Below are positions 36,795 to 50,493 of a stretch of 64,000 nt of DNA, in pieces. The notes under the pieces are model-generated. The model worked only from the letters and a program-made list of their open reading frames with translations, ran no database searches and was not told the DNA's origin. A program made the translations under genes and the position numbers. The stretch's first letter is position 1, and each line of letters begins with the position of its first letter. Location of the stretch: contig NC_043015.1 in NCBI RefSeq assembly GCF_006345805.1, positions 23,126,001 through 23,190,000 on the forward strand, given 5' to 3'. Source of the stretch: Octopus sinensis. Lineage: Eukaryota.

Positions 36795-39700
36795 ATACAT
36801 ATACATACACATACATATCTACAGACAGATAAATACATACATATATGCATACATACATACGTAAATACATATGTAAATTTCTTCGAGAGTAAGGAATGTT
36901 TGAATACTAAAGTCACCATTGTCTATGTTGCCGTTGTTGGCGATGTTCTTGTCGCTGTTGTCACGGTCATGTCTTGCTGGCAGCATTGACCGTCCTCGGC
37001 AAGTATGTTGTACTCGTTACTGTTCAGCTTCATACGAGTTCTGATCAAACTACGCTATGATCAAGTATGTTACAGCTAGGAGAATTTCCTCTGTTGTTGC
37101 AACGTTATCTAGAAGTACGTTATGCAACGTGTCATTCATCATTTCCGGCTCCGACATAATGATATGGTTGATATTTAATGATCATTTTGAGTTTCTCAAC
37201 TACCCCTTCCTCCCATGGCACCGCCTTTGAGTGGTGACCTAAGTGCATTTTATTCTTTTCGTAAGCCATCTTCGTGAGTTACAAATAGAAAGGTTGGTAT
37301 ACAAGGTGCTGTATTATAATGCTGATAGATAATACGCTTATACTATAAATTGTAAGTCAAGTTGAAACCAGTGGCTTTGCTTTGTATGCGTTTAATTTAT
37401 ATATATATTTTGGCTCATCTGTGCATTTTTAGTTCAGTTTTAAAGAGAGCTTCCAAAAATATTTTAATACTTATCTGTTGTTTCAGATTGAAGACGGCTT
37501 TTCTGAATTATTTTCTGATCAAGATTTACAATTCCCTGACTAATAATCAGACAAACTTCTACGTTTTCTTTAGGATATTCTTTCATCTAAGATTTTGGCT
37601 GTGTAAGTTACACATCATTAATGAGTTCAGATATAACTCGACAGAAGCCTGAAGATTTCTAACCTACTTCACAAGAAATGCAAACAATTTTAGACAGATT
37701 AGTAATTACGAATTTTGTTATACATTTTTATTTACAGAGTATTAATTTCTAATTTAATCTTTAGAAATTTGCTCACTGAATATGGGGAAAACAATTTAAT
37801 TACTGCTTTTAGTAATTTTTAAACGATAATTTTAAAGCACTTTTGATGTTGCATGGTGTTTAATTACTATAACTATCTAATCTCCAGTGTATTTCAAAAT
37901 TCCTTTCAGCATGATTTGGATTAATTTATTGTAATGTAATAAATACACAGATAGAGTTATCGAAACTTTCAAATCTCTCCTGGTGAACTGGAGAAAATTA
38001 TAAACCGTATATCATAGCATGGACTTCAGTCTTCACACAAATGGATACGGCTTCAAATTTCTCACTCTTTTCTTCGATAATGTAAATCATCAAGCGCAAG
38101 TATATTTCACTTCACTAATGTGTGTATCGCCTTCCTCTTATATGAGGTACGAACATTAATATATCGCTAACCTTTCATTGCTTCCCGCCTCGATGAATTC
38201 TGTATCATCATGTACTGTTGGCGATTTGATCGACTGCACCTTCTCCACAAAATGTGTGGCTGTGCGCCAAGCATTACTAAAATTATCCGAGACCGAACAG
38301 TAGGTTAGCAGAATACGTTTATTTCCTCATTTTATTCTTTACCGAATTTACGTTATTGTACATAATTCTGGAACCAAATATTGCCAGGTTGACGCTGGCT
38401 TTTCTCCAGTACAAGTCTTCATTTCTTACGTATGTTACTATTTCTGCAGCTGTTGATGCAGTTATTGCTTCTTATTCTTCTGTTTGTTGTTGTTGCTACA
38501 GTTGTTGTTGGTGATGGTATTGTTTTGCTGTTGCTGTTGTTGTTCTTGTTCTTGTTTAGCTCTAGTCAGCCCTAATCGAGTAACCATATGATCAAAGGTA
38601 TTTCAATCTTCAAATGCCGCATGTTATTCACACTTGAATACAGGACTATATTATCCAATGCTTCTACTCTTTATTTAAAATAGTAAAATGTAATTTGAGG
38701 AAGATTTCGTTGCAGGTTGAATTATATTTGAGAGACTCACTTATTGATGTTTTAATGTATTTCTATAGACTCAATGAAATTGCTCACTCTTACAATATTC
38801 GGTATACTTCTTAGTTAAAACTTGAAATCCCATGTTGTTATGACTTGGGTGTTGGATTCATTCGTAAAAACATATATCTCGTGTTCTATTATCAGTTTCG
38901 GTTTTAGATGCTTCCCTTCACTATGGCATTTCATTTTACGTTACTTTGGTCAATCAGGTTAAAATGACAGGTGACACCTATGAGGGTGAAGACTAAATTT
39001 GTGGCGGACTTCCGTTCTGTAGATGGTATAGTTTTATACTACCGGAGCTGGTAGTGCTCCGGTCGAATATGGATGTACGCCACCATAAACATTCAGACAA
39101 AAAAAAAACATTAACATTTTTATTTCACTGCGAATAAAAATTTCTGTGGGAGAATAACCAAGATCATGTATTTCACTTTCTATGTTCTGGAATTAAATCT
39201 TCCTTGGCTTACGAGGTTTGGAATTTAGCTATATGAATGCCCGCCACATCTGATAACGGCGGTGACCTGAAAATGTCTAATAATCAATTGAAACTCAGTT
39301 ATATTCTCAACAATAATTTTCTTCTTATTGAGGACATAATTTGGAATTAATAAAATTTATTTTTACACTCCATCAACATGTGTATGGTGCTTTGCATTGA
39401 ATTATATGCAGTGGTGGAGTGGCCAGGTTGCAAACTTGCCCGATGGCATGTGGACAAATGTGTCATTAGAATCCATGTATGGGGGCCCATCCCCTCAAGT
39501 TTCAGAATGTTTTATTAACTCCTGGAAGAATGTATCAATTATTTCAGACAGTTGAAAAGAATACTCTTAGCAAAAAATATATTATAATAAAATGATAAAT
39601 GATAGCATTGTATTTGTGGGTGGGCCCCCTTGTAGTCGCGGTTGGGACCCTTTATTCTCCTGGCGACCAATATTTTTAGACCTAGTCTACCACTTATTAC

Positions 39701-40560
39701 ATGTCCTCTATGCAAAGTGCACATATGAGGTACATACTTGCCAAAAACGTGACAAATATTGTCACCTAATGCAAATAGTGAATTAATCAATCCATTAACA
39801 TCTAATGAGTAAATGTTAATAAATATTGACTCCTCTCTTTTGTTTTATCTTTTTAATTACGTATGTAAAACCTGCAAACTACCTCTGCAAATATTTTTGG
39901 TGTTATGATTAATTTCATGTCAGATTTTAAATAAAATTTATTTCAACATTAAACTACCTCGCGAAAATATAGTGGTAATGAACTTTTGACATTTACCAGT
40001 CTAAATCACTTCTATGAAACTAAAATTAGATTTTAACTTAAATTTTCATTGTGAAATATTTCGATGTGTTTTTAACATCTTCATTTCCCTATAAATCTTT
40101 TTCTCATTCATGTGAATACATTTACCATTGTGTGCCTGAATTTCTGCTCGCATGATCTCATACTGTCGGAGAAAGATTACTTTGATGAACATCATAATTT
40201 ATACTAATACACTTATGATTTTCTCTCCGACCAAAGATAAAAATCTCAATGGGAGAAATAAAAACCCAAAACGCTGTTAATATATTCCTATTGATATCTC
40301 GTACAGTGTTCACTACAGAAATATTTTATAATGTAGTACAAATTTATGTATATTGCACATTCTAACGTTATGTTTATAAATATATACCTATACATACATA
40401 TATATATATGTGTGTATATGTATATATATAAATACATATATATGTGTGTGCATATCTATATACGTATACAAAAATATATTTATATATATGTATACTTATA
40501 TTAATATATATATATATTTATATATATATAGATTGATAGATAGATATGTATACTTATATA

Positions 40561-40596
<36 letters not shown>

Positions 40597-40691
40597 ACCT
40601 ATATATATATGTAGGAATATGTATAAGTATATATGCATATATCGATATCAATTACCTATATAACAATTTATCTATATCTCTATCTTTATGT

Positions 40692-40722
<31 letters not shown>

Positions 40723-40779
40723 CGTACATATACACCAAGAACTATATACGCATGTGTATACATTTGTACATAAACGTGC

Positions 40780-40811
<32 letters not shown>

Positions 40812-42654
40812 AAGAGTATTTGTGTGTTTCCTAACAGTGTGAATTGCAATTAAGTGAAAGTACAAAATGCAGTTATATATGATTGAATTACCTTGCAATT
40901 GAATAGAGTATGAGCATGTGTGTGTGTGCGTGTGCAAGTAAATTCATACGTGTGTGCTTTACTTTCAAATGAAGGGAAGTTACATCATCCTTTGTACTTC
41001 AGACCATACACCCGCATACATATATATTTAGAGAGAGAGAGAGAAAGTGAGTAAGAGAGGAAGAGAATGAAAAGAGGGAGAGGGGGAGACAAGAAGAAGG
41101 ACAGAGGGAGAGAGAGAGAGAGAGAAAGAGAGAGTTATAGACACAGAAACTCACGCAAATAGACTTCATAAGTTAGCAAGTGTGATTACATACGATGATA
41201 GAAGAGAATTACTTACGCACAGACAATTGCACACACACACACACACACATATATTAGCACACTCCCGCATATAGACATACATACTTACAGACGTACGTAC
41301 CTACATGTACTTATGTGTGTGTGTGTGTGTGTGTGTGTATGCTTATATACATATATACATGCATAAATACATATGTGTATTTGTATGTATATCCGCGTCA
41401 GTGCTTGTGTCTGACTTTGTTTGTGTATGTGTATGTCTATACGAGGATGTGATTTGTGTGCCTATACTGTAAATGTTTTTCAATTCACCTTCTTTTGCAA
41501 TAGTTTTCAAAAGGAAACATCCCTTCCAGTTATTTTCGTCTAAAAATGTATTCACATTTTCTTTGTATTTTTTTTGTTTGTTTGCATTTATTCCAATTGA
41601 TTTCTTTTATTATCTTTTCCTACTCATTTCTCTCATTTTATATAAATCTTCTCTTTTAAGTTTTCTACTTTCGTTCTGCTTCTGTTCGTTTGTTCAGAAA
41701 TTATTTTCTTGTATATTTTTTGTTTAATTGTTTTTTATGAGGTTCGTTTTTGTTTAGTGTACTAACAATCAGTCGGTGAAAATAATTGTACTTCCTGAGT
41801 CAATGGGGAAATGGCCTGAAACAAACAGAAATATATTTTATCTCACAGAATCTTTCGTTGAATATTAGCGACATTGCGATATTTTATATTTATGATTGAA
41901 AATTAATAGTCATATCAAGATAAGATATATCTGTTGGAAGATATGTTTCGCTTAATCTGAATACAACCGGCACGCACACACGCACACACACACACATACG
42001 CGCGCACCTGCGAACAAACACATGCACACACACTTACACACACTTACACGGACACACAGGTGCACACTCACATACACAAACTAACTCACACACGCACACA
42101 CAGATGCACACACACGCGCGCACACACGCACACACACACGCACACACGCAAACACGCGTGTACACACATACATATATAGAAATATACATAGACATTCATA
42201 TATATGAATTGACTATCCATGTAGATATTGTGTATATATGTGTATATGTTGATATATCTTGTGTTAATATATCCGCCGGGCGTGCAGGTATGTATACAAA
42301 CATATGTATATGCGTATGTGTGCGTGTGTGGATGTGTGTGTGTGTACGCTTATATAACTGTATCAAGCAAACTACGAATGTTGTTATACACCGCTGATCT
42401 ACATGCGCTTCCTTGAATCGCTGTAAATTTCGAAGGAGTCCCTCAACCTAGGCGAGCAGAGCAACATCTACAGTCGTGAACCAGACTACAAACCATATCT
42501 AGAAAAGATTATGTTTATAAATAAAATTAAGGACATGCAATACAAGATGATAAGCATATATGTGCATGCGCATGGGTTCGCACGCGCATGTATATATGTG
42601 CGCGTGTGTACGCACTTGCAGTTTTGCTTGAGGGCATCAGTTGATATTCACTCT

Positions 42655-42835
42655 TATATTAGGTCGTCAAGTATGAAATTTGTAGAAAAGTATATAGTAA
42701 ACTTTGAGAAGGATAAGTCGGAAATTCGTACAGTTTTAAAACACGAGTCTTTTCTTGAAAATACAGCATCACAGACAGCTCGGAATGTTAATGGAGTATC
42801 TCATTCTAATGATATTACACAACAGGCAGTATAAA
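42655..42835 (+). mobile_element. Mariner 5' fragment (transposase N-terminus)
   Basis: DKSEIRTVLKHESFLENTASQTARNVN resembles the mariner N-terminal HTH start. Confidence 0.65.
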
Positions 42836-42889
42836 TTTCGTTCTGGTAACGTTGAACCCATAAATAAGTACGAAATTTGTAGAAAAGAA

Positions 42890-43600
42890 AAATAAGTTTG
42901 CTAAAGTTTTATTAACACAATGAATAGTTTTATTCATCAAATTAAGCGCCCATATTATCAATACACTTTTGCCATTTCAGTGGTAGCTTGTCCAGCCCTG
43001 AACTGTAAAAACCTGGAGATCTAAAGTCAATAAAATAGTCGAAGGTCTGTTTTTCAGCATCATCGGAATTAAATTTTTTTTCCGATCGAAAAATTATCCA
43101 GATTCTAAAAGAATTGGTAGTTAGTGGAGGCAAGGCCAGGTGAGCATGGTGTATGATGGAGAACTTCCAATTTCAACTACTCTAGCATAATGCGGGCTTC
43201 CATTAGGTGCAGTTTCTGATTTTCATTGAGTTCATGTGGAACCCACTTATCCAACTTTATCATTTTACCGATTTGAACTAGGTGAGTTAATATTGTTTCC
43301 TTGCTAATACCAAACAACAACATTAATTCATGGGCACTTTAACATGGATCCGACTCGACGGTGGCTTTCAGTTCGTCATTATCTACCACTGTTTCTTGTC
43401 GCTCATGTTGAACATTGGTGAGGTAAAAATTACAAGAACTAAATTTAACAAACCAATTTTATACTGTCTGTTCTGAGATAACATTAGAATGAAATACTCC
43501 ATTAATATTCCGAGCGGTCTGCGATCCAAGAAAGAACTCATGTTTCAAAACTGTACGAATTTCCGACTTATCTATCGCTAAACATAAATAGCTAAATAAT
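42890..43600 (-). mobile_element. Mariner relic, internally deleted
   Basis: C-terminus KKFNSDDAEKQTF...FYSSGLDKLPLKWQKCIDNMGA; its 5' part (43526-43572) is the reverse complement of 42715-42758. Confidence 0.8.
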
Positions 43601-46057
43601 TCATAAAGAGCAAGATGAGTTAGAATAAAGAAATAAAGATTGTCAAAATATAATAATGGCGCAAAATGAGCAGTAGTAAAATTTTACCATATACCTTACT
43701 GCAAATTTCATACTAGCGGTACAATGAATATTTGTAAGACATTACAAAAATTCTCCACCCGAGATTCTTTAGTCGTATAAATGCACTCATTAGGGTGCAT
43801 GCAACGACAGTTCAGCCAACACATTAACTTAACCACATATTTACAAACAGGAAGAACTATCTTAACTCAAAAACAGTTATGCCCCTTTGTTAGTCACCGG
43901 CATGAACTGTCTTAAGAAATTTAATGAATCTCAAAGAAATAGCTTAAGTACATACATACCTGCATATATATATACACATATGTGTGTAAATTCTAGTATA
44001 GATCGGAAAGACAAAAAATAGATGGTTACGTAGCACGGTTTTTACTTGCATCCGTTAAACTTATGTGGTTCAACCAGTGTCAGTCAACAAAAGAAAAAAT
44101 ACTAATCGTTAGCATAAATGGGATTAAGGTGAAACGAACGTAATTGTGTGTCGTTGTGATTTATTGGTTCCATTATTAGTCGATTTGTAGTTTGTGTTTT
44201 ATTAAATGTTTAAAGTTTATTTGGAAATGGTAAAGACATCCTAGAGAATCTGAGAGAATGTGGTTAGATATAATATGATAATCTATCATGGCTAAATCAT
44301 TTTGTATATTTACCATTTGCGCCTAAAAATAGTGTAGATTTTGACTAAAGAAACAAATGGTTAACTGGGGGGAACTGTTAAAGTTTTCTGTGAAAATGAC
44401 GGATAACATGTGAAGTGAAAAGAATGATAAAAAATGTAAAAGAGCGGGATGTGCTTGCACATGGAATCTGTTTAATGATACAATGTAAAACAGACGGTAC
44501 GAAAGACTGTTGGAGATAATTGCAGGCTTGGCTGGATTGCCTTTGCATTCGATCGATATTGCAACATATTAAATGCGTTAATAAGGTTAATGTATCTAAC
44601 AGACGAATGTTTAACACTGACTAGATTTGAAGAGAAAAATATTAAAACTACCTTATATATTATCAGAGCAAACATTGTGTGCTAGACCATTAACTGTGAT
44701 TATGAATACATGAAACTGAAGACGTAATATGCTAAATTATACAAAATAAATAAAACTAATTATACAAACTATATTTTTTCCTTCATTTAAAAAGATTTTC
44801 TTTGAAAAAATAGAGCAATGATTAAATCTGTATGGAACTGGTAAATTTTTGGAGCAGACAAAAAGCAAACAAAATTCTTTGGATTGAAACATGCAAAGTC
44901 ATGGCGCCATTTGTGTTAATTTGATTTTAAAGAAGAGGTAATTCAGTTACTAGCCCGTTATGTAAACTATGGCGGGTTGATAAATGAAACTGATAAATTC
45001 AATATGAGAATAACTATATTCATAAAATGAAAAATTGTTGCCGATATGGTGGAAGGATAGACGAGTTAAAACTATTTAAAGATCAACAAATAACTTACAC
45101 ACTAAATCTTCTCAGTCAAGCAAAAGTTTTCATTTTTATATTAGTGTACATTTATAACTAAAAAGTGTGCATTCCTTTCAATATGTAAGTAGAAAAGTTA
45201 TAAGCGAATACGTCAGTGATAAAAGAGTGTTTGGGAAGTTAGTGTTGCATCTAGCAATTGCCAACGATCGGAAGATAAATAGATCTTTGACTGTTAACAA
45301 TGAGTTCAATATGATTTATATAATATTTGAATGGGTACATGTAAGGGCAATTGTTAATCATATTTAGATAATTCACCAAGATTGTTTTAATGAAACGAAA
45401 CTTCAAACTACGTTCACATCCCAGAAAGTAAGGATATGACAAAGAGATCAAAATGTTAAGAATGGAACAAAAACACCCCATAATGTAATTTATTTTAATT
45501 GTCAGTGGTTGAGGAAATACTTGGTTCCATTAGTACATTTTCTAGGACACATTTTGTTTATGTGACAACTTAGTGTCAATCAAATTCAGTTACAGGCAAA
45601 TATATACTTTCCAAATATAACAATCGTATAAGATATAAAACTGTACTTTCGATGTTTTAGAAAATTATTTAATCGGTTTGACACGTGAAAGTCCATGGGC
45701 TCTCATTTACGCAGCATTCAGGTAATGATTAAAAAATATAGAACGTAAATCGATATAATATCGTCTATTCCTCTGCTCCAGTTAAACGTGTAACTGAAAA
45801 TTATATCTACTTACATATTGAAAGGAATGCACACTATGGTTAAGAGCTTATATGATGACAACGAGAATTCGGGTTTACTGTTCGACAGACATGCAAGTTC
45901 ACACACATGTAAAGATAGATAAATAGATATGTAAATAGATAGGTAAAGGGATGGATTGATAGTTACATATCCATGGATGGATTGATAGGTATATACATAG
46001 ACAGATAGATGGAGAGAGAGATAAATAGGTAGTGTCCAGAAAAACGTGAAAAAATTC

Positions 46058-46353
46058 TTTAGTTGAAGGAATCGACCCCGGACTAATTATATCGATCTCT
46101 TTTGACGAACCACTAAGTTTCGTGTACGTAAACACACCAGCATTGGTTGTCAAGCGATGGCAGGTTGACAAATATACACACACATACATGAATATATGCA
46201 TATATATAAACACGACAGGCTTCTTTCAGTTTCTGTCTACCAAATCCACTCACAAGGCTTTGGTCGGCCCGAGGCTATAGTAGAAGACACTTGTCCAAGT
46301 TGCCACACAGTGGGACTGAATCCGTAACCATGTGCCTGGGGAGCAAGCTTCTT
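46058..46353 (-). mobile_element. SINE family A, 3' portion, interrupted within the tRNA head
   Basis: Aligns with 35070-35385 up to gggagcaagcttctt, where similarity stops abruptly. Confidence 0.9.
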
Positions 46354-48438
46354 TATTCCATCAAATTAGCCATAAAAGCTTTACATAGATGGATGCAAAT
46401 ACGGGCTGGACAACAACACAAATGAAATGAATGACGAGCAAAATAATGATATTGATGAGGGAAGCAGACGACGCCCGCAGATCGATGCTTCCCGAAAATA
46501 TTGTTCTTTTTTTTTCTATTTTAGAAAAACAATTTGAGGTTATATGTGTTCAATGGGACACAAGGCGCTATCAAATGAGGCACTAAGTCTCTTATCTATT
46601 TTAAAACTCGAGACATTAAAGCCCGTTAACTCCATACCCCAATAGGCGCACTGCCTCATTCAAGCACCTGGACGGTATCAAGTTGGGACACTTTAGCATA
46701 AAGTTAAATATATCCTCGGGGAAGGATTTCAATATCCTGTACAACTTGGTTTCCCTTATGACCACTGCAGCAACCTGCGGAGGCCAATCAGAGTCCTCAT
46801 TGCAGGCCTCTTTTGTCACCTTCTTTAAAGGTGGAAGAGGATTACAAATTACTCGTCTATCACAAAGGAAGGGGCCACAGTTTCTTCCGTCGACGGCACA
46901 ATTACCACCGACGGTGTTTAGGGATATGCCAAATATGTGTTAGTAATCGCCGGCAATGCCGCGTTTTACTTCTCTTGTATTTTCTTTTGCCACGAGAGTG
47001 TGGAGTTCTTCCGTTTTGTCCGGAACATTTTCTTTCCCTCTCGCAGCCGTAGTATTCCTCGGTGAGCAATCATTGCCACCCACCTTCTTCCTCTTTCGGC
47101 TCTTTTCCGTCGAGGAGGTCTCCACCTTCTCGACCATCTCCCGCTCTCCCTCCGAATGAGTAGGGGGCTCTTCCTCAACTAGCAGCTCCAGAACCCTTCT
47201 CTATCTACTCGGGTTTCATTCCAAGTGACAACCCGCATAAAATTATAACAGCTGAGATACATGACTTCTGTTTAGAATATAATCAAAATACAATTTTACA
47301 TTATATACATTTTTTTCCTGTCTGTCAGAAAGAGATAAAGCACATTTTTACATCTCTATTTGCCAAGCATTTGTTTCAAATTAAAACAGTAATAGTTCTT
47401 GAAGCAATAACAGCAGGCAGTCGTTGCCATGCTAGATAAAGCAATTTAGCAAATCTCTCATTTTATCTGAAACAACTGATCGTGTTCTTCAATTGGACGA
47501 GTATTTCTATTAGAATTAAATAATAGAAGTACACATTTGATTAGGTATAGCCAACACTTTATGGAAGCTCTTTTATGCACTAACAAGCAGGATCTCCTGA
47601 GGGGTGTCAAGTAGCAACCACACCGTTGCATACTTAGCACCCCTGGAAATAAATTTTATAGTTGGCAGATACTCAGCCAGAAAACGGCAATGGTGTCGGG
47701 CGTCTTTGAATAAGTCCTATGCACCACCGTCCTCTCTTCTAAGTCTTTCACCCACTCATTTGGTGGGACAATCTCCAACTCCAACCCAGTGTTCGTTTTT
47801 CCTGCCATGTTTTGGAAGAAGAGTTCACACAAAAAAAGGTTCAAATAGTCCAAAAAATAAAACACAAAAAAGGGAAAGAAGGAAGAAGGAAGAAGGAAAG
47901 AAAGCAGTCCAAAACACAGCAACTTCAACCTTCCGAATAACTGGTACTTCCGGCCAACTAGTATAGCAACAGGAAAACAGCAACGGGAACAAAGCTTCAC
48001 AAATTTCCCCAATAAATTGATACAAAAATTGGTAAAAAAAATTTCACAATATTTGGAGGTGGAATATACCCGCAAAATACTGCATACAATCTTCCGGCCA
48101 CCGGTACTCCAGGCCAACCAAATAGTAGCAGGAACACAGCAACAGGAACACAAAACCAAAGTTCACATTTTCGTAGGTGGAATACCCCCTAAAAAACAAC
48201 TTAGTTCTCACCGCTAAGTGAGATACTTATGCCCAAATGCAGGCAGATAAATGCGCGGAATTCAGTGGCGATTTCTTGCTTGAAAAGAAAAAATATACAC
48301 TAAACAGCAAACTCCCACTGAATCCAAAAAAACAAAAGTCTTACCTTGCAGTTCGGCTTCACTTAGTTCGCCAGGCTGCAAACCAGGGTCACCACTTCTT
48401 TCAGTGCAAAGAAAAACACCTACAACAACGCATGCGCA
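46354..48438 (-). mobile_element. ORF1-only Tx1-type (HAL1-like) element, copy A, degraded
   Basis: Colinear with copy B: ERTVVHRTYSK, LAEYLPTIKFISRGAKYATVWLLLDTP, acidic/basic linker, WPPQVAAVV; 3' end ...gaAATAAAG; centre replaced by a 285-bp foreign segment. Confidence 0.8.
47234..47518. repeat. 285-bp segment duplicated at 50626-50909
   Basis: cgcataaa(a/g)ttataacagctgagatacatg...gagtatttctattagaatta present in direct orientation at both sites, roughly 85% identical by eye. Confidence 0.9.
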
Positions 48439-48452
48439 GAAGCAAGCTTCTT

Positions 48453-50493
48453 TATTTCATTTAATTTGCCACAAGGGCAGCACACAGGGAGAAGCTTGCG
48501 GGCTGGACACAGACATTAATGGGATGAATGATAATGATGCAAGGATGATAAGGATGAGAGAAGACTAAAAGCGCCCGCCGACTTTCGCTTCTCTAAAACA
48601 TTGTTCTTTTTCTCCTTTTTTTCTTTTCTTTTATAAAAAACACAATGAGGCGATAAACCTCTTACATAGTTCAGAATTCTTTTTTTGTTTTTCTTTTTGA
48701 AGCAAATGAGGCTATAAACCTCGTACATAGTTCAACTATTGGAAAAAAATCACACACACGAGGCAAAATGCCTCTCATTTTTTTTACATTTTGTAGACTC
48801 TTTTTGAGTCCAAACGTCCAATGCTTCAAGTTTTCCGTCTCACCAGGCTCCTTGCTTCATCGAAGTATCTATTCGGTTCCTAGCCGGACCACTTGGCCAT
48901 ATATCTATAGGAGTCCGCTGGAAGGAATTCGTTATCCTGCACAGATCGTTATCCCATAAGACCTCCGCAGCCACCTGCGAAGGCCACTCAAGGTCCTCCG
49001 AGCAGGACAGAAGCCCTTCCCACCGGCCCTTCCTTTCAAGTTTTTTTATTTCATTCTGCAAAGTCCCTCCCTTGTGGAAGAGGACCACAAATTCCTCCTC
49101 CTGTGGCACACCCACCGAAGGAGAATCGGGACACGCCGGCAACGTTTCACAACCCGCCGGCGATGTCCCGTTTTTCTTTTTTATTTTCTTTTTCCCTTGG
49201 GCCGCGGGAGGGTGGTGATCCTTTGCTGTGTCCAGGAGGTCCTCCTTTTGTCCCGCAGCCCTCGGGTCCGTCGGTGGGCAACCATTGTTGCACACCTATC
49301 GCTTTCGTTTTTTTCGAGGAGGTGGAAACCTCCTCGTCGTCCTCCTCCTTCTCTTCCTACATTGAGGGAGCAGGGACTGATTCCTCTATTAACTGCTCCA
49401 GGATCCTATTTTGGTCGTTGGGGCAATTTTTCTTGATGTGGCCGATCTCCAGGCACAAGTGACAGTTGGGCGGGGGCGTCCCTCGAGCATCACCGGATAC
49501 CTAGACCCGGCCATCCTCAAAAAATCTGGGAAAACCAGACTTTCGGCTGATTGGGTCCATAGTGTCAAAACAGCATTTGACCCCTCCCAATCAACCGCAG
49601 CCAAAATTTTCACATTGAGCATCTTGGTACTGCTACCACCCAGACCTCGGTCGATAGAGTCCTTTATCCACTCGGGCTCAATTCCGGGTGGCAAACCGCA
49701 GACCCAAGCCCTCATTAACTTATTCCCACAATAACTGGGAAGAAACATAATTTCCTTGCCCTCCAGGAGCCGGCTTGCAAATTCGGAAGCTTTTTTGGGG
49801 GGGAGTCAAATAGCAACCAGACTGTTGCATATTTGACTCCCCGTGAAATAAATTGAATGGTTGGCATGTACTCTGCCAGCTCCTTCAGAATTGTGGCTTT
49901 CGGGAAGACGGTTAAGGTATCTAGCGACTTTGAATAAGTCCTCAACACCACCGTCTTCCTTTCGAGCTCTTTTAGCCATGTTTAATAATTTCACACTCAT
50001 AATTCCTTTGCCATTTGTTTTTTTAAAAGTTCAAATACAGTTCACAATACGGTTTCAAATAAAGAAAGATACACAAAAAAAAGAAGGAAAGACACAACAG
50101 AAGGGAAGAAAAAATAAAAATAACACTTCAATAAAGTTCTTTCTTTTTTTTAATAAATGATAGCTGTGAAAAAGAGTTCAAATGCTGGCAAAGAAATTAA
50201 TTTTCGGCCGAAAGGTACTCCAGGCCAATAATCCACAGAGAATTAAACAATTTCTCACAATTATGTGAGAAAACACACACGTCTCCACCGCAAGGCAGAC
50301 AAAAAGCTTCGAATCCAGTAAGGACTCCTTACTTGTTCAAAAAAATAAAACTTACAGGCAACAAATCCTACTGGACTCAAAGATCCAAAAGTGTTACCTT
50401 ACGGTAGAACGTCTTTCAATTCAACTTTCGTCCGCTGCACACCAGCGTGACGACTTCAAGGGCACAAAGAAGACAACTGAACAGCCGGAACCG
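48453..50493 (-). mobile_element. ORF1-only Tx1-type (HAL1-like) element, copy B
   Basis: Frameshifted ORF1 ~49980-48840 with RRM-like N-terminus and CX2CX4HX4C knuckle (PNCHLCLEIGHIKKNCP, ~49470-49420); ~390-bp 3' UTR with no EN/RT; ends ctgtgtgctgcccttgtggc...AATAAAG. Confidence 0.85.

Noticed and set aside
39413-39700. Possible hAT-like MITE with short imperfect TIRs
   Set aside because: The TIR match is weak and no 8-bp TSD could be identified.
46354-50493. Interpretation as a simple recent tandem or segmental duplication, or as an LTR element
   Set aside because: The units are heavily diverged, lack LTRs, PBS and pol, and each ends in AATAAA plus the target motif, which fits separate non-LTR insertions better.
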